A stretch of 46,648 nt of DNA, from positions 1 to 46,648 of the IMG/VR virus record IMGVR_UViG_3300020045_005985. One strand, written 5' to 3'. Origin of the DNA: a virus (Duplodnaviria; Caudoviricetes). This document shows, one piece after another, positions 35,582 through 45,694 of the stretch. The position numbers and the translations under genes were made by a program. Position 1 is the stretch's first letter, and each line of letters begins with the position of its first letter. The notes beneath the pieces were generated by a model. That model did not search any database, was not told the origin of the DNA, and saw only the letters and a program-made list of their open reading frames with translations.

Positions 35582-36130
35582 ATGGAAGAAGAAACAAAAA
35601 AAAGATATGGGCTTATGAGAAGAATAAGTACTTTATTGTCACCTTACGTAGAAAAAAAGTTAAGAGAAATATCGATTAAGAGAAAAGTATCTTTATACAA
35701 ACTAATAGCTTTTGCTATTCATAATGAATTTGAAAGAGAGAATCCATTTGAATTTGATTTGACGTTAACTAACGACTTTCCTGCTTATACTTTTGCAGAA
35801 GAAAGTGAAAAGATTAAAATGTATATGGTAAACTTGACGTTAGGTATGGATCTTGAAAATTTAGTACTAATGCGTCACGAAATGGGAGTTTTTGATAAAC
35901 AAACCTTTTTAGCTGCTTTTAAAGATTGTTTAGATAAACAAGTTATCGAACCTTTTACACCACCCGACAGAAAAGACGGAACGAAAAGACCGGAAGGGAT
36001 TATTTTCTATAGAGTTAAAGGAGTTAAAAAACGATCATATAGGGCCAAAAGAACACAACAAAGCGAGTATGCACGTTATAAAAGATTAAAGAAAAAATTT
36101 GAGAATTCACAACATGAACGAGAAGAATAG
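35582..36130 (+). CDS. Putative DNA-binding protein (RHH-like N-terminus, basic tail)
   Basis: RISTLLSPYVEKKLREIS..KVSLYKLIAFAI. Confidence 0.6.
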   Translation: MEEETKKRYGLMRRISTLLSPYVEKKLREISIKRKVSLYKLIAFAIHNEFERENPFEFDLTLTNDFPAYTFAEESEKIKMYMVNLTLGMDLENLVLMRHEMGVFDKQTFLAAFKDCLDKQVIEPFTPPDRKDGTKRPEGIIFYRVKGVKKRSYRAKRTQQSEYARYKRLKKKFENSQHEREE

Positions 36131-36326
36131 CAAAATTTTATCTCCAAAAGATTTAAGAAATTTTATGAACTTTCATGGCATAAGTACTAAAGAATTAGCT
36201 GAGATATTTGGAGTAACAGAGAGAGCGATAGAATACTGGCTAACAGGTAAAAGAGAATTGTCAGTTACAAATTGTAGATTGATAAGAATATTTCATAAAT
36301 ATCCACAACTTTTAGAAGAGTTTTAA
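36114..36326 (+). CDS. XRE-family HTH regulator
   Basis: ISTKELAEIFGVTERAIEYWLTGKR. Confidence 0.85.
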   Translation: MNEKNSKILSPKDLRNFMNFHGISTKELAEIFGVTERAIEYWLTGKRELSVTNCRLIRIFHKYPQLLEEF

Positions 36327-38257
36327 ACCTCTTTACCTTCCATGTTGGTAATTACAAAAACTTTACCGCCTGCCTCGATGTCTGGATTTTCAATTGGTTT
36401 AAGTTTTTCTCCCATGTGTCCGTTATATGAGAGTACCGACATGGCCCTAATAACTCTATCTTTACTTATCTTCTCCGTACCTACCATAAACCTTGCTATG
36501 ATAACATCTTTGCTTGGGTATCTTCCGTCATTACGTTCTTTTTTCACAAACGTAAAAATCCTTTCGGTGTCGCTCATTTCGTCTTGTTTCTCTTTTGCTT
36601 TTTGTTCAATTAGAGCTATACGAGAGAATAAGTAACCTTCCCGGAGAATGACGAAAGGGTTGTTATAGAGAGGAGAGTTATCTGTGAATTTGTTCACATT
36701 ACAGATCATAGCACTTTGATTCTCTTTTAACTCTGCTCCGGTTAGCTCCGTAAACTCTTGCTCAAAAATTGGACGCAATACCCTAGATACTCTTGCATGT
36801 GAAGGAAGACCAGTACCGCCACGACCTGCAAATTGTGTCATATCTTTAGCACTTGAGGACGCTTTACCCATGTGATTTATTACCTCAACACAAGCATTAC
36901 TCTTCTCAACTAACTCCCCCATAAAGGTTGCTACCGCTTTACTCATGTCGTTTAAAGCTGCCTCAGACCCCCAAAAACTACTTATAGGATCGAAAACAAT
37001 CATCTTAGGACGAATATCCTCAATCGCCTCTAAAACCTTGTCTAATGATTCCCTATTAATTACAATGAATCCCTGCTTAGTCTTGGTTATTAAACACAAA
37101 TCATTAGTCTTTTTGACAAAAATTGAGTTTAACACTTTCTTGATCTTTAACTCATTCTCAGGTGTACCGTTTAATAAACCCATTTGTTTTAGAATTGCTC
37201 CAAGCATTGCACCTAACTTCTCTTTAGTATCCTCACCAGTAATAAACAAGGTACGGCCCTCTTTAATACATTCAAAACCAAGGAATGACTCCCCTAACGC
37301 TAGCGATATAGCTTCACAAAGCTTTAAAGTAGTTTTACCTGTACCGCCATCGGCAGTAGTGATATGAATATCCTCAGTTGACCAGTCTTTGAATATTTGT
37401 GGCTTTTTTAATTTACTGATATTTGTTAAGTCGTATCTGGTAAAAAACGAGGGTGTCCAACGAGGGTTTTCTTTCTCTTCAGCTTTAGGGATATGAAGGG
37501 TAGGTTGTATATTCCCAAAGGGACTTGTAAAAGGGACTTTAAAGCCACTAGAAGTGCCTGACGCTATCGTGGCCCTACATTCATACTCAGGTCGTCCACA
37601 TTCTCTAGCAGCTTTAAAAAGCTCATTAAAAGCCTTCTCACGATCAATACTATTAGAAGGAAAAAGTTGACCCACTCTATACGACTCAACGTTTAACGTA
37701 TTGTTCCCTTCTCCTTCTGAGGCATTGCGTATATTTTCGCAGGCACTATCGAGAATTTGTTGAACTATTTCAGGAGCTATTTTAACAATATCGTCAGGAT
37801 TTATTATTATATCTTCCTTGGTGTTTATACAAGCTTCAAGTAACCAGTCCGGAGCATTAGCGATAGGTGTACCATCTGCACCGTACCATATAATATAACC
37901 CCCTTCCGCTCGTGTATCTAAACCTTTATCAAAACCAACACGATTACCGTATTTTTTACCATCATCAGGATAATTGAAAATATAATGTGTACCACCAGAT
38001 AACGTGCGTTGGCTCATTGTAAGTGGAACGTGATATTTTTTTATAGTTTCAAGACCGTCAGTTTTTACGTCTACATCTAACACTATGATACCGTTAATTT
38101 TTCCTGTAGGTATTCCATAAAATTTCATTTGAGGATACTTAGCTGACCAAGAATTAATTGTGTCAATATTGTCAGTACAATCTTCCTGCCACTTAAAGCC
38201 CTTGACAGGAACTTTACGTCCGTCTTGAGTTAAGGTTGCAGGGAATATTTTAAACAT
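36323..38257 (-). CDS. Bifunctional primase-polymerase fused to an AAA_25 (RepA-like) helicase
   Basis: GIPTG..IIVLDVD, TLSGGTHYIF, DTRAEGGYI; Walker A GGTGKT, ITGED, IVFDP. Confidence 0.9.
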   Translation of the reverse strand: MFKIFPATLTQDGRKVPVKGFKWQEDCTDNIDTINSWSAKYPQMKFYGIPTGKINGIIVLDVDVKTDGLETIKKYHVPLTMSQRTLSGGTHYIFNYPDDGKKYGNRVGFDKGLDTRAEGGYIIWYGADGTPIANAPDWLLEACINTKEDIIINPDDIVKIAPEIVQQILDSACENIRNASEGEGNNTLNVESYRVGQLFPSNSIDREKAFNELFKAARECGRPEYECRATIASGTSSGFKVPFTSPFGNIQPTLHIPKAEEKENPRWTPSFFTRYDLTNISKLKKPQIFKDWSTEDIHITTADGGTGKTTLKLCEAISLALGESFLGFECIKEGRTLFITGEDTKEKLGAMLGAILKQMGLLNGTPENELKIKKVLNSIFVKKTNDLCLITKTKQGFIVINRESLDKVLEAIEDIRPKMIVFDPISSFWGSEAALNDMSKAVATFMGELVEKSNACVEVINHMGKASSSAKDMTQFAGRGGTGLPSHARVSRVLRPIFEQEFTELTGAELKENQSAMICNVNKFTDNSPLYNNPFVILREGYLFSRIALIEQKAKEKQDEMSDTERIFTFVKKERNDGRYPSKDVIIARFMVGTEKISKDRVIRAMSVLSYNGHMGEKLKPIENPDIEAGGKVFVITNMEGKEV

Positions 38258-38261
38258 TTGA

Positions 38262-38660
38262 TTACCTTATGGACAATATTTCTTTTACTTGTTCCGCATC
38301 GTTACAGAATCCTGCAAGACCACCGTTATTCGTTACCCAATTTATAAAATTATATTGTGCATTTTCTCGGTTAGAAAAGTTGTTTTTATTATATTTCCAA
38401 TCTTCTTTTTTTACTTCTATTGCTGTAAAAACTGCTAAAGTTTTCCCTACCATATCTTGTGTTACAATAACTTTTGTAAAACCTATTAAGTCGCTGGATT
38501 TTATGCTATCGTTATGTTTTTTAGAGATATTACCAAGACCGTAGCGCACAAGACGACCTGTGTTATCCGTAAACGCTCCCGAATTGTTTCTCATAAGCAT
38601 ACATTCAAAGAAACGTGCTTTTATCTGAATCTCTTGCTGAATAATTGACTCTTCTTTCAC
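38262..38660 (-). CDS. VRR-NUC domain nuclease
   Basis: ESIIQ, RNNSG, SSDLIG, FTAIEVK, Q..F. Confidence 0.85.
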   Translation of the reverse strand: MKEESIIQQEIQIKARFFECMLMRNNSGAFTDNTGRLVRYGLGNISKKHNDSIKSSDLIGFTKVIVTQDMVGKTLAVFTAIEVKKEDWKYNKNNFSNRENAQYNFINWVTNNGGLAGFCNDAEQVKEILSIR

Positions 38661-40315
38661 TAGTACCCTCCATGTTTCAATGCTTCTAGCATATTCTCCA
38701 TTTCTGCTCTAGTCTGACCTAAAGCTTCTGTGATAGTCATTTCGTGGTGTATATAAAACTTTTTATGAATCATTCTATCATTGTATTTATAGTTTTGTTT
38801 TATAACTCCGGCCCATTTAGCTATTTCTTCAGCTAATACTTTTTGCATCTCAATTCTTTTAACTTGGTCTTTCATTGCTTTTATTCCTGCCATAGAATTA
38901 ACTGCATGAGTAACTCTATTTGCAACACGTCCCGGATCTTCAAGGATTGATTTTTCTTCTAATTCTCTAAGTGTTTCTGGATCAATTAAACTTAAGTCAC
39001 CGTCAACCATTCTCGGTGGTATTCTGCTTGAACCGCTAGAAGCAGAAACTTTTATAGCTTCCTCACCACACCAAGGGCATGAAGTTAGTATTCTGTCATA
39101 CGGAGAATTACACTCAAAGTTTGAACAAATTCTAAGGAAGTTTAATTTTCTTCCATTCTTTTGAATTCTGTCTAAAGTCCATTTTCTTATTTGACAAGGA
39201 AGACCATGTTCTATTATGTTTCCTACATGATCGATGATAATAGCGTACTGTTTACCTTCTGCTATTCTTAATCCTCTCCCGATCATTTGAAGGAATTTTC
39301 CTAAACTTTTTGTTGGTCTTGCCATGATGACACATTCGATTCCAGGAACATCTAAACCTTCATCGAAGAGATCAACGTTTATTAAAACTTGTATTTTCTT
39401 TTCTCTGAATTTAATTAAAGCATCTAATCTTTTTGCGTCAGGAGTATTTCCATTTAAACTTTTTGCTTTTACCGCTTTATCTATAAAAATCTTTTCCATT
39501 TTCTCAGCGGTAACAACGTCTGTAGCAAAGAGGATAGCTTGCTTACCCTTGGCAAATTTAAGATAATTTGTTAGAACATCTCCAACGATTTGCGATTGGT
39601 TAGAAGCTTGAGTCATTGCTTGTTTCGAGTAATCTGTTGAACTTGACCCTTTCTCTAAGTATCTTAAATAATCACTATCAGGTATTGCAATTTTATATTT
39701 AGATAAGTATTTATTATCAATCATCCATCTTGTTGGTGGCCCTTCAACCATAATATCAAATACGCCATCAGCATGAGAACCAAGACCCTTACGATCAAGC
39801 CTTTCAGGAGTCGCAGTAACGCCAAGACCACGAGCGTTTTCAAAGAACGAAACCGCACGACCCCATTTGTTTTCTTTAAGTAAGTGTGCTGCTTCATCGG
39901 TTATCCATTGTTTAATTTGTTGACACCATATTTTATAAACGTCATAACGTGCAATTAAAGTATCAACTGAAATTACTGTTACGATGCTGTTACTATTATA
40001 AAATTGCTTACCAAAAACTCTACGTTCTGCTGCAATTATTCCTTTTATAGTTGGTCTTGAAGCTATAATATTGTGTTGGATTTGTTGTTCTGCTAGCGTT
40101 AAGCAAATTTGTTGCACAAGTTCTTTCCTATGCACCATAATTGCCGTAGGTAAATGAATATCTTGGTCATTTAACGTATCTATAACTATTGAACAAAAAC
40201 AAACGGTCTTCCCTGTACCTGTTCCAGATATCATTAAGACGTTTTTAAACCCTGACGACCATGCGTCAAATACTTGTTTTTTTAGATCTAATTGGTATGG
40301 TCTTAAAGTAATCAT
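38660..40315 (-). CDS. SF2 DNA helicase with a C-terminal Zn finger
   Basis: LRPYQ, TGTGKT, DEAAH, TATP, EGLDVP, QMIGRGLR, DHVGN. Confidence 0.92.
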   Translation of the reverse strand: MITLRPYQLDLKKQVFDAWSSGFKNVLMISGTGTGKTVCFCSIVIDTLNDQDIHLPTAIMVHRKELVQQICLTLAEQQIQHNIIASRPTIKGIIAAERRVFGKQFYNSNSIVTVISVDTLIARYDVYKIWCQQIKQWITDEAAHLLKENKWGRAVSFFENARGLGVTATPERLDRKGLGSHADGVFDIMVEGPPTRWMIDNKYLSKYKIAIPDSDYLRYLEKGSSSTDYSKQAMTQASNQSQIVGDVLTNYLKFAKGKQAILFATDVVTAEKMEKIFIDKAVKAKSLNGNTPDAKRLDALIKFREKKIQVLINVDLFDEGLDVPGIECVIMARPTKSLGKFLQMIGRGLRIAEGKQYAIIIDHVGNIIEHGLPCQIRKWTLDRIQKNGRKLNFLRICSNFECNSPYDRILTSCPWCGEEAIKVSASSGSSRIPPRMVDGDLSLIDPETLRELEEKSILEDPGRVANRVTHAVNSMAGIKAMKDQVKRIEMQKVLAEEIAKWAGVIKQNYKYNDRMIHKKFYIHHEMTITEALGQTRAEMENMLEALKHGGY

Positions 40316-40340
40316 CAGAACTCATATTTAAAATTATATG

Positions 40341-40385
40341 TTGACATAAGTAAAGGATTTATTTATTAATTAATTAATTAATTTA
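40341..40385 (+). promoter_or_regulatory. Promoter in the divergent replication intergenic region, with a (TTAA)n tract
   Basis: TTGACA at 40341 followed by an AT-rich -10 region; TATAAT on the minus strand at 40333-40338. Confidence 0.55.
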
Positions 40386-40405
40386 TTAACCGAGGGAGGC
40401 AATAA

Positions 40406-41113
40406 ATGTACCAAGTAATAATCAAAGGAAAGACACTTCAAGAACTTAGAAAAGCTATATCTGATATAGATAAAGAATTAAGTTTAGATGTAGTAGAAAA
40501 GTCTAAAAGCGAAAAAGATGTAAGTCAAGACGATTTAGATAAAGAAATAATGGCAATGATCGATGTACCGCCAGTAATAGTTGAAGAACCACTTAAAATT
40601 ATACCAAGTGAACCAAGCATTTCTAGTGAGGTTATATTTAATTCTCCTGACGTTGAATTAGATTCCGAGGGTTTACCTTGGGTGAAAAGTATTCATGCGT
40701 CTAGTCGTGCAAAAATAGCAGACGGAACATGGAGAATTAAAAGAGGCGTAGATGATGCAACCGCTAATGCAATTAAACAACTACTACGTGAGAAAATTAA
40801 CACTATTAAACCGGAACAGGTTGTCCCGAACATGGAAACTAGAGTACCCGAAGTTGTTGAAAATGTAACTCCTATTGTTCAACCTGTAATGATACCACCT
40901 ACTTTGTCTAACGGTCATACACTGGATACGTTCAAACAAAACTTCCCTATGGTTTTAGCGGATCTAATAAATAGAAAAATTATAAGCCAAGAATACATAG
41001 AGACATTAAAGAATTACTTTGGTGTACTTGAAATTTGGCAAGCGACAGATATACAAAAAGAAGAACTTTTTAACAGTTTCGTATCATATAACTTTATACA
41101 AAAGGTAGGTTAG
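40406..41113 (+). CDS. Conserved replication-module hypothetical protein
   Basis: DSEGLPW..IHASS..DGTWR.KRGVD motif; precedes DUF2800. Confidence 0.75.
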   Translation: MYQVIIKGKTLQELRKAISDIDKELSLDVVEKSKSEKDVSQDDLDKEIMAMIDVPPVIVEEPLKIIPSEPSISSEVIFNSPDVELDSEGLPWVKSIHASSRAKIADGTWRIKRGVDDATANAIKQLLREKINTIKPEQVVPNMETRVPEVVENVTPIVQPVMIPPTLSNGHTLDTFKQNFPMVLADLINRKIISQEYIETLKNYFGVLEIWQATDIQKEELFNSFVSYNFIQKVG

Positions 41114-41115
41114 AT

Positions 41116-42228
41116 ATGTACATAACCGCTTCAAACCTAGCAAGACCAATGATTTGTGCAGGATACGTTTTGTTGGATCTTCCTAAACCAGCGCAAAAAC
41201 AAGGCGCAGACGAAGGAGAAGCTGCAAGCGAGTATTTAGAAAGATTGCTTACAAATAAGCCTGTAGGTGAAACGTCTTCTAAAGGACATTATTTTGATGA
41301 CGATATAAAATTTTATATTACACCTTTATTTGAAGACATTAAAGAACGAGCAGCATCAGAAATTCTATGTGAACAAAAAATTGATTGGCAAACACAATCA
41401 GAGATCTGGATAAAAGGAAGATATGACGTTGCGTTTGTAGATAAAAAAAATAGACTATGTGTTGAAGATTTAAAATATGGTTGGGGTTTAGTTGAAGTTA
41501 AAGATAACTGGCAATTAATCGCTTACGCTATAGGTGAAGTTGTAAGAAGAGGTAGAGCGTTTAGCGAAATCTCACTCAAGATTCATCAACCAAGACCTCA
41601 CCATGAAGACGGATCAACAAGGGAATGGGTTTTAAGTTACTCTGAACTCCTTGGTTATAAAGAGAAGATTGAAAATAGGATGCAACAAATTAGAGACGGT
41701 AAGAAGGATTTACAAACATCTAAAGAATGTAAATACTGTATGGGAGCAGGTGAAGCGTGTCCAGCTTTCAATCGTTTGTTTTACAGGACGTTAGAAATTA
41801 CAACTGAGTTTTTCCAAGATAGCATCGACAATGATGAATTGTCTTTACAGTTAGATCAACTACAAAGAGCGGAAGAAGTTATAAAAATTAAAAAGGATTC
41901 TTTAACTGAGCTTGGTTCTTTAAGAATCAAACAAGGTCAGATAATCCCTTCATATGCTCAAACAGAACGATACAGTAACAGAGTTTGGAAAAATGGAATT
42001 AATCCAGAAGTTTTAAAATTAATGACAGGAAAGAATTTAATTGAAAATGTTTTTATGACTCCTGCAAAAGCGGAGAAAATGGGAGTATCTAAGGACTTAG
42101 TGAAACAATTAACAGAAACAAAGTTTTTAGGTGTAACTTTAAAAAAGACAGACACCAAGCAGATCGGAAATAAAATATTTGGGACAAACAACCCTAATGG
42201 AGGAGAAAATTATGTCGCAACAAAGTAA
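41116..42228 (+). CDS. DUF2800 (Cas4-like PD-(D/E)XK) exonuclease
   Basis: GRYD, DLKYG, NWQL..YA, IHQPR, CKYC...CP. Confidence 0.85.
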   Translation: MYITASNLARPMICAGYVLLDLPKPAQKQGADEGEAASEYLERLLTNKPVGETSSKGHYFDDDIKFYITPLFEDIKERAASEILCEQKIDWQTQSEIWIKGRYDVAFVDKKNRLCVEDLKYGWGLVEVKDNWQLIAYAIGEVVRRGRAFSEISLKIHQPRPHHEDGSTREWVLSYSELLGYKEKIENRMQQIRDGKKDLQTSKECKYCMGAGEACPAFNRLFYRTLEITTEFFQDSIDNDELSLQLDQLQRAEEVIKIKKDSLTELGSLRIKQGQIIPSYAQTERYSNRVWKNGINPEVLKLMTGKNLIENVFMTPAKAEKMGVSKDLVKQLTETKFLGVTLKKTDTKQIGNKIFGTNNPNGGENYVATK

Positions 42229-43168
42229 TGGTCAGAATTTAGTAGTTCAAGGAAGAATAGTTTGGGTTTCAGGAACAAACTTATTTGAAGGCAAAAGAAA
42301 AACAGATTTTAACACTGGTCAAGTTTTAGTAGGAGTAGACGGAAGTCCGGTAGTTGAATACGGTTTCGGTTTAGCTGTTCCTAAGTTTAATCCAGCCACA
42401 GGACAACCTACAGAGGAATTTACAAAAATATGGAACGCTTTATATCAAGAAGCTTTTACGCTTTATCCAAGTGGTAACATACCACCGGGTTTCGCTATGA
42501 AATTTAAAGACGGTGACACTATTGACGACAAAGGCATACCTTTTGCAAAAAGAGAAGGATATGCAGGTCACATAGTTCTTTCTTGTACAACACAAATTCC
42601 TATTAAATTCTTTATTTTTGAAGGTGGAAATAACATCTTGGTAAATACTGGAATTAAAAATGGTGATTACGTTAACGTACAATTAAACGTTAAATCTCAT
42701 GCAGCTAAAGGACAAGGGAGAGCTGGACTTTATCTCAACCCTTCTGCTGTTCAATTGATTCAATCTGGTAAAGAGATTATTAATACACCAAGTGGAGATC
42801 AGATTTTTGGACAAGCTGCACCTGCTTATGCTGGTCAAGTTGTTGCAGGTCAAGCACCTGTAATGCCTAACGTTGCTACAGGTATGACTCCAAGCCTTAA
42901 TGGGTATGCTGTGAACGCACCGATGATGCCTCAACAAGCTGCTCCTCATTATCCTGTGTTACCACAACAAATGCAACCTGCACCAACGATGCCTCAGCAA
43001 ACTCAGCCACCAATGGGAAACGTACCTGTCCCACCTGTGGGAGCTATACCGACTCCTACTATGCAAATGCCTGTTACACCGACCCCTTTACCTTGGGCAA
43101 ATGGATCTGTTCCAACTGCGTACCCTTCTAATGCAATGATGGCCCCAGTACCACCAAGACCAAACTAA
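42212..43168 (+). CDS. DUF2815-like ssDNA-binding protein with a Pro/Gln/Met-rich tail (start reassigned to 42212)
   Basis: KDGD, REGYAGH, IKNGDYV, GLYLNP; GGAGG RBS. Confidence 0.8.
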   Translation: MSQQSNGQNLVVQGRIVWVSGTNLFEGKRKTDFNTGQVLVGVDGSPVVEYGFGLAVPKFNPATGQPTEEFTKIWNALYQEAFTLYPSGNIPPGFAMKFKDGDTIDDKGIPFAKREGYAGHIVLSCTTQIPIKFFIFEGGNNILVNTGIKNGDYVNVQLNVKSHAAKGQGRAGLYLNPSAVQLIQSGKEIINTPSGDQIFGQAAPAYAGQVVAGQAPVMPNVATGMTPSLNGYAVNAPMMPQQAAPHYPVLPQQMQPAPTMPQQTQPPMGNVPVPPVGAIPTPTMQMPVTPTPLPWANGSVPTAYPSNAMMAPVPPRPN

Positions 43169-43175
43169 GGAGTGT

Positions 43176-45113
43176 ATGACGTTTTTTACTTATGACCTCG
43201 AAACTATGCCTAACATCTTCACATTTTGTGGGAAGTTTAACGATAGATCTGACATCTATATGTATGAGTTATCGGATCGTATTAATGAGCGAGATCAATT
43301 GTTAAACTTCCTTGGTTATTTGAGAAATGTAAAAATGGAAATGGTAGGATTTAATAATTTAGATTTCGATTATCCAATTCTTCACGAATTGTTAATCAAT
43401 CCTTACACTTTTGACTATAATAAAGCTTATCAAATGGCACAAACTATAATCAAAAGTGCAGGTTATAATCAAGTTAAAGTTTACGATCGATTGATACCTC
43501 AGATAGATATCTATAGAGTTTGCCATTTTGATAATGTTTCTAAGAAAACAAGTTTGAAAGCTTTACAGTTTGCTATGAGATCTAACTCAATCGAAGACTT
43601 GCCTTTTGATATCAGAGATTTAAACGACCAAGAGAAAGATAAGTTGAGGAGTTATAACCTTCACGATGTTCTGGAAACAGAGCGTTTCTATTTAAAGAAC
43701 AAACATCTTGTAGATATGCGCAGAGAATATTTAGCAAATGGGGTTTTACGAGGAGATGTTTTAAATTACAATGATGTTAAAATTGGTACAGAGTATTTGA
43801 TTACCCGATTAGGAAGAACAAAATGTTTCTCAGGAAACAAACCTCGTCAAACTTTGAGAGATGTAATTGAATTTAAAAACATAATACTACCTAAAATCTG
43901 GTTTAGAACCGAACCCTTTAATGAAGTGCTATCTTGGTTTACTGGACAAACTATTTATTTGTCAGGCAACGATCGACCTAGTTTAGAGACATCTTTAGCA
44001 GGGCTTAATTTTCATTTTGGAGTAGGTGGTGTTCATGCCTCTGCGGAGAATAAGATATACAAAACAAGCGATACTCATCAAATAATTGATATTGACGTTG
44101 CTGGTATGTATGTTGCGGTTGCTATCGCTAATCGTTTCGCTCCTGAGCATTTAGGACAATCCTATGTAGACGCTTACAGGCAAATTAAAGAAGATCGTGC
44201 TAGATATCCCAAGGGTAGTAGTCAAAACGCTGCTTTAAAGCTTGCTGGAAACGGAGCGTATGGTAACAGCAATAATCCTTTTTCTCCTTTCTATGACCCC
44301 AAATACACCTTTACGGTGACAGTTAACGGACAACTTCAGATCCTTCAGCTTATTGAGATGATGGACTTGCTCCCGGACTGTGAGGTTATCCAAGCAAATA
44401 CAGACGGTATAACAGTTTATATAAATAAAAAATACGAGTATCTGTTTGAGTTTTGGTGTAGGCAATGGGAGTCAATGACTGACTTGGTTCTTGAAGAGGT
44501 TAAGTATAATAGAATGTGGATACGAGATGTAAATAATTACCTCAGTGAGACAATGGAAGGGAAGCTTAAGCGCAAAGGAGCTTATTGGTTTCCAACCTCA
44601 GAGAAAGACTATGAAGGAGTATGGAACAAAGACTTCTCAAACTTAGCTTCAAAAATTGCAGCCGAAAAGGTAATGACTCATTCTTGGCCAATTGAGTGTG
44701 CCATTAAACTTGTGACAAATCCTTTCGACTTTATGCTTAGATATAAGGCAACCTCAGATAGCAAAATCTTTATAGGTGACGTTAAACAGCTAAAAACAGT
44801 GAGATATTATGTATCCATAAGCGGTCAACCTATGAAAAAAGTATCCAATCCCAAGGGAGAGATTGGACAATATAAGCGTAAAAATAGTTTAAAGGATGAT
44901 TATTTTAAAGAAATAATGAAAGAAATAGGTAAAGATGTTTGGGATGAAAGAATCCATAACAAGAAGAAAAGTAAATATGAGATTGTTGAGACTTCTATAC
45001 AATCTGGATGGTTAGTAAAAGAGTGTAATGTTGCAACCAACTTTAACTGGGATGACGTTGATTGGACATATTACGTCGAAGAAGCTAAAAAAACAATAAT
45101 AGGGAGCAAGTAA
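43176..45113 (+). CDS. Family-B DNA polymerase
   Basis: Exonuclease YDLET, GFNNLDFD, YNLHDV; polymerase DIDVAGMY, KLAGNGAYG, NTDG. Confidence 0.92.
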   Translation: MTFFTYDLETMPNIFTFCGKFNDRSDIYMYELSDRINERDQLLNFLGYLRNVKMEMVGFNNLDFDYPILHELLINPYTFDYNKAYQMAQTIIKSAGYNQVKVYDRLIPQIDIYRVCHFDNVSKKTSLKALQFAMRSNSIEDLPFDIRDLNDQEKDKLRSYNLHDVLETERFYLKNKHLVDMRREYLANGVLRGDVLNYNDVKIGTEYLITRLGRTKCFSGNKPRQTLRDVIEFKNIILPKIWFRTEPFNEVLSWFTGQTIYLSGNDRPSLETSLAGLNFHFGVGGVHASAENKIYKTSDTHQIIDIDVAGMYVAVAIANRFAPEHLGQSYVDAYRQIKEDRARYPKGSSQNAALKLAGNGAYGNSNNPFSPFYDPKYTFTVTVNGQLQILQLIEMMDLLPDCEVIQANTDGITVYINKKYEYLFEFWCRQWESMTDLVLEEVKYNRMWIRDVNNYLSETMEGKLKRKGAYWFPTSEKDYEGVWNKDFSNLASKIAAEKVMTHSWPIECAIKLVTNPFDFMLRYKATSDSKIFIGDVKQLKTVRYYVSISGQPMKKVSNPKGEIGQYKRKNSLKDDYFKEIMKEIGKDVWDERIHNKKKSKYEIVETSIQSGWLVKECNVATNFNWDDVDWTYYVEEAKKTIIGSK

Positions 45114-45374
45114 ATGAAATCAATAAGTGGTGGTTTTAGTGACAGGGAAGAGAGGATCATTAAAATTTTAGGTAGAAAACAAATGACGTTTGAAGAAATA
45201 AGTAAGGAGTTATTTAAAGGAGAAGCTGCACCTTTTGACACTTCTATCAGTGTAGCAAATTCTATAAGACGGATAGTAATGAAATGTTGCTTTCGTAATT
45301 TAGATTGGACGATCGAAAAGAGTAGACAGAATAGAGTACTGTTGATTAAGAAAGTAAAATATAATAACAGGTAA
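45114..45374 (+). CDS. Small winged-helix-like DNA-binding protein
   Basis: FSDREERIIKILG...MTFEEISKELF. Confidence 0.6.
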   Translation: MKSISGGFSDREERIIKILGRKQMTFEEISKELFKGEAAPFDTSISVANSIRRIVMKCCFRNLDWTIEKSRQNRVLLIKKVKYNNR

Positions 45375-45488
45375 TTATTTCAATAGTGCAGATATCTTTT
45401 CTTTTACCAATTCTTTTTGATCTTCTTGGCCCAACATATACTTTAAAATCATTTCTACTATTTTTAAGATTATAACTGTCCAATTCAT
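45375..45488 (-). CDS. 37-aa amphipathic peptide, last late gene (not in the ORF track)
   Basis: AAGGA RBS; MNWTVIILKIVEMILKYMLG... Confidence 0.55.
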   Translation of the reverse strand: MNWTVIILKIVEMILKYMLGQEDQKELVKEKISALLK

Positions 45489-45491
45489 ATT

Positions 45492-45692
45492 TTATCCTTT
45501 GCTAAGTAAAACAAATAATACTGCACCAATTGTCGGTATTAAAGATCCAGCTAAACCCCATATTCCTGATTTAACTTTCAGTGTTGCTATCTCTACTAGA
45601 ATGTTTGTTTGTGTAGTTTTTATACATTCTTGAGTAATCTTTATACCTTTTATGTCGTCTATTAAGAAACCAAGTAACTCCTCATTGCTCAT
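45492..45692 (-). CDS. Holin-like protein (coiled coil plus C-terminal transmembrane helix)
   Basis: IATLKVKSGIWGLAGSLIPTIGAVLFVLL; end of the late operon. Confidence 0.55.
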   Translation of the reverse strand: MSNEELLGFLIDDIKGIKITQECIKTTQTNILVEIATLKVKSGIWGLAGSLIPTIGAVLFVLLSKG

Positions 45693-45694
45693 TT

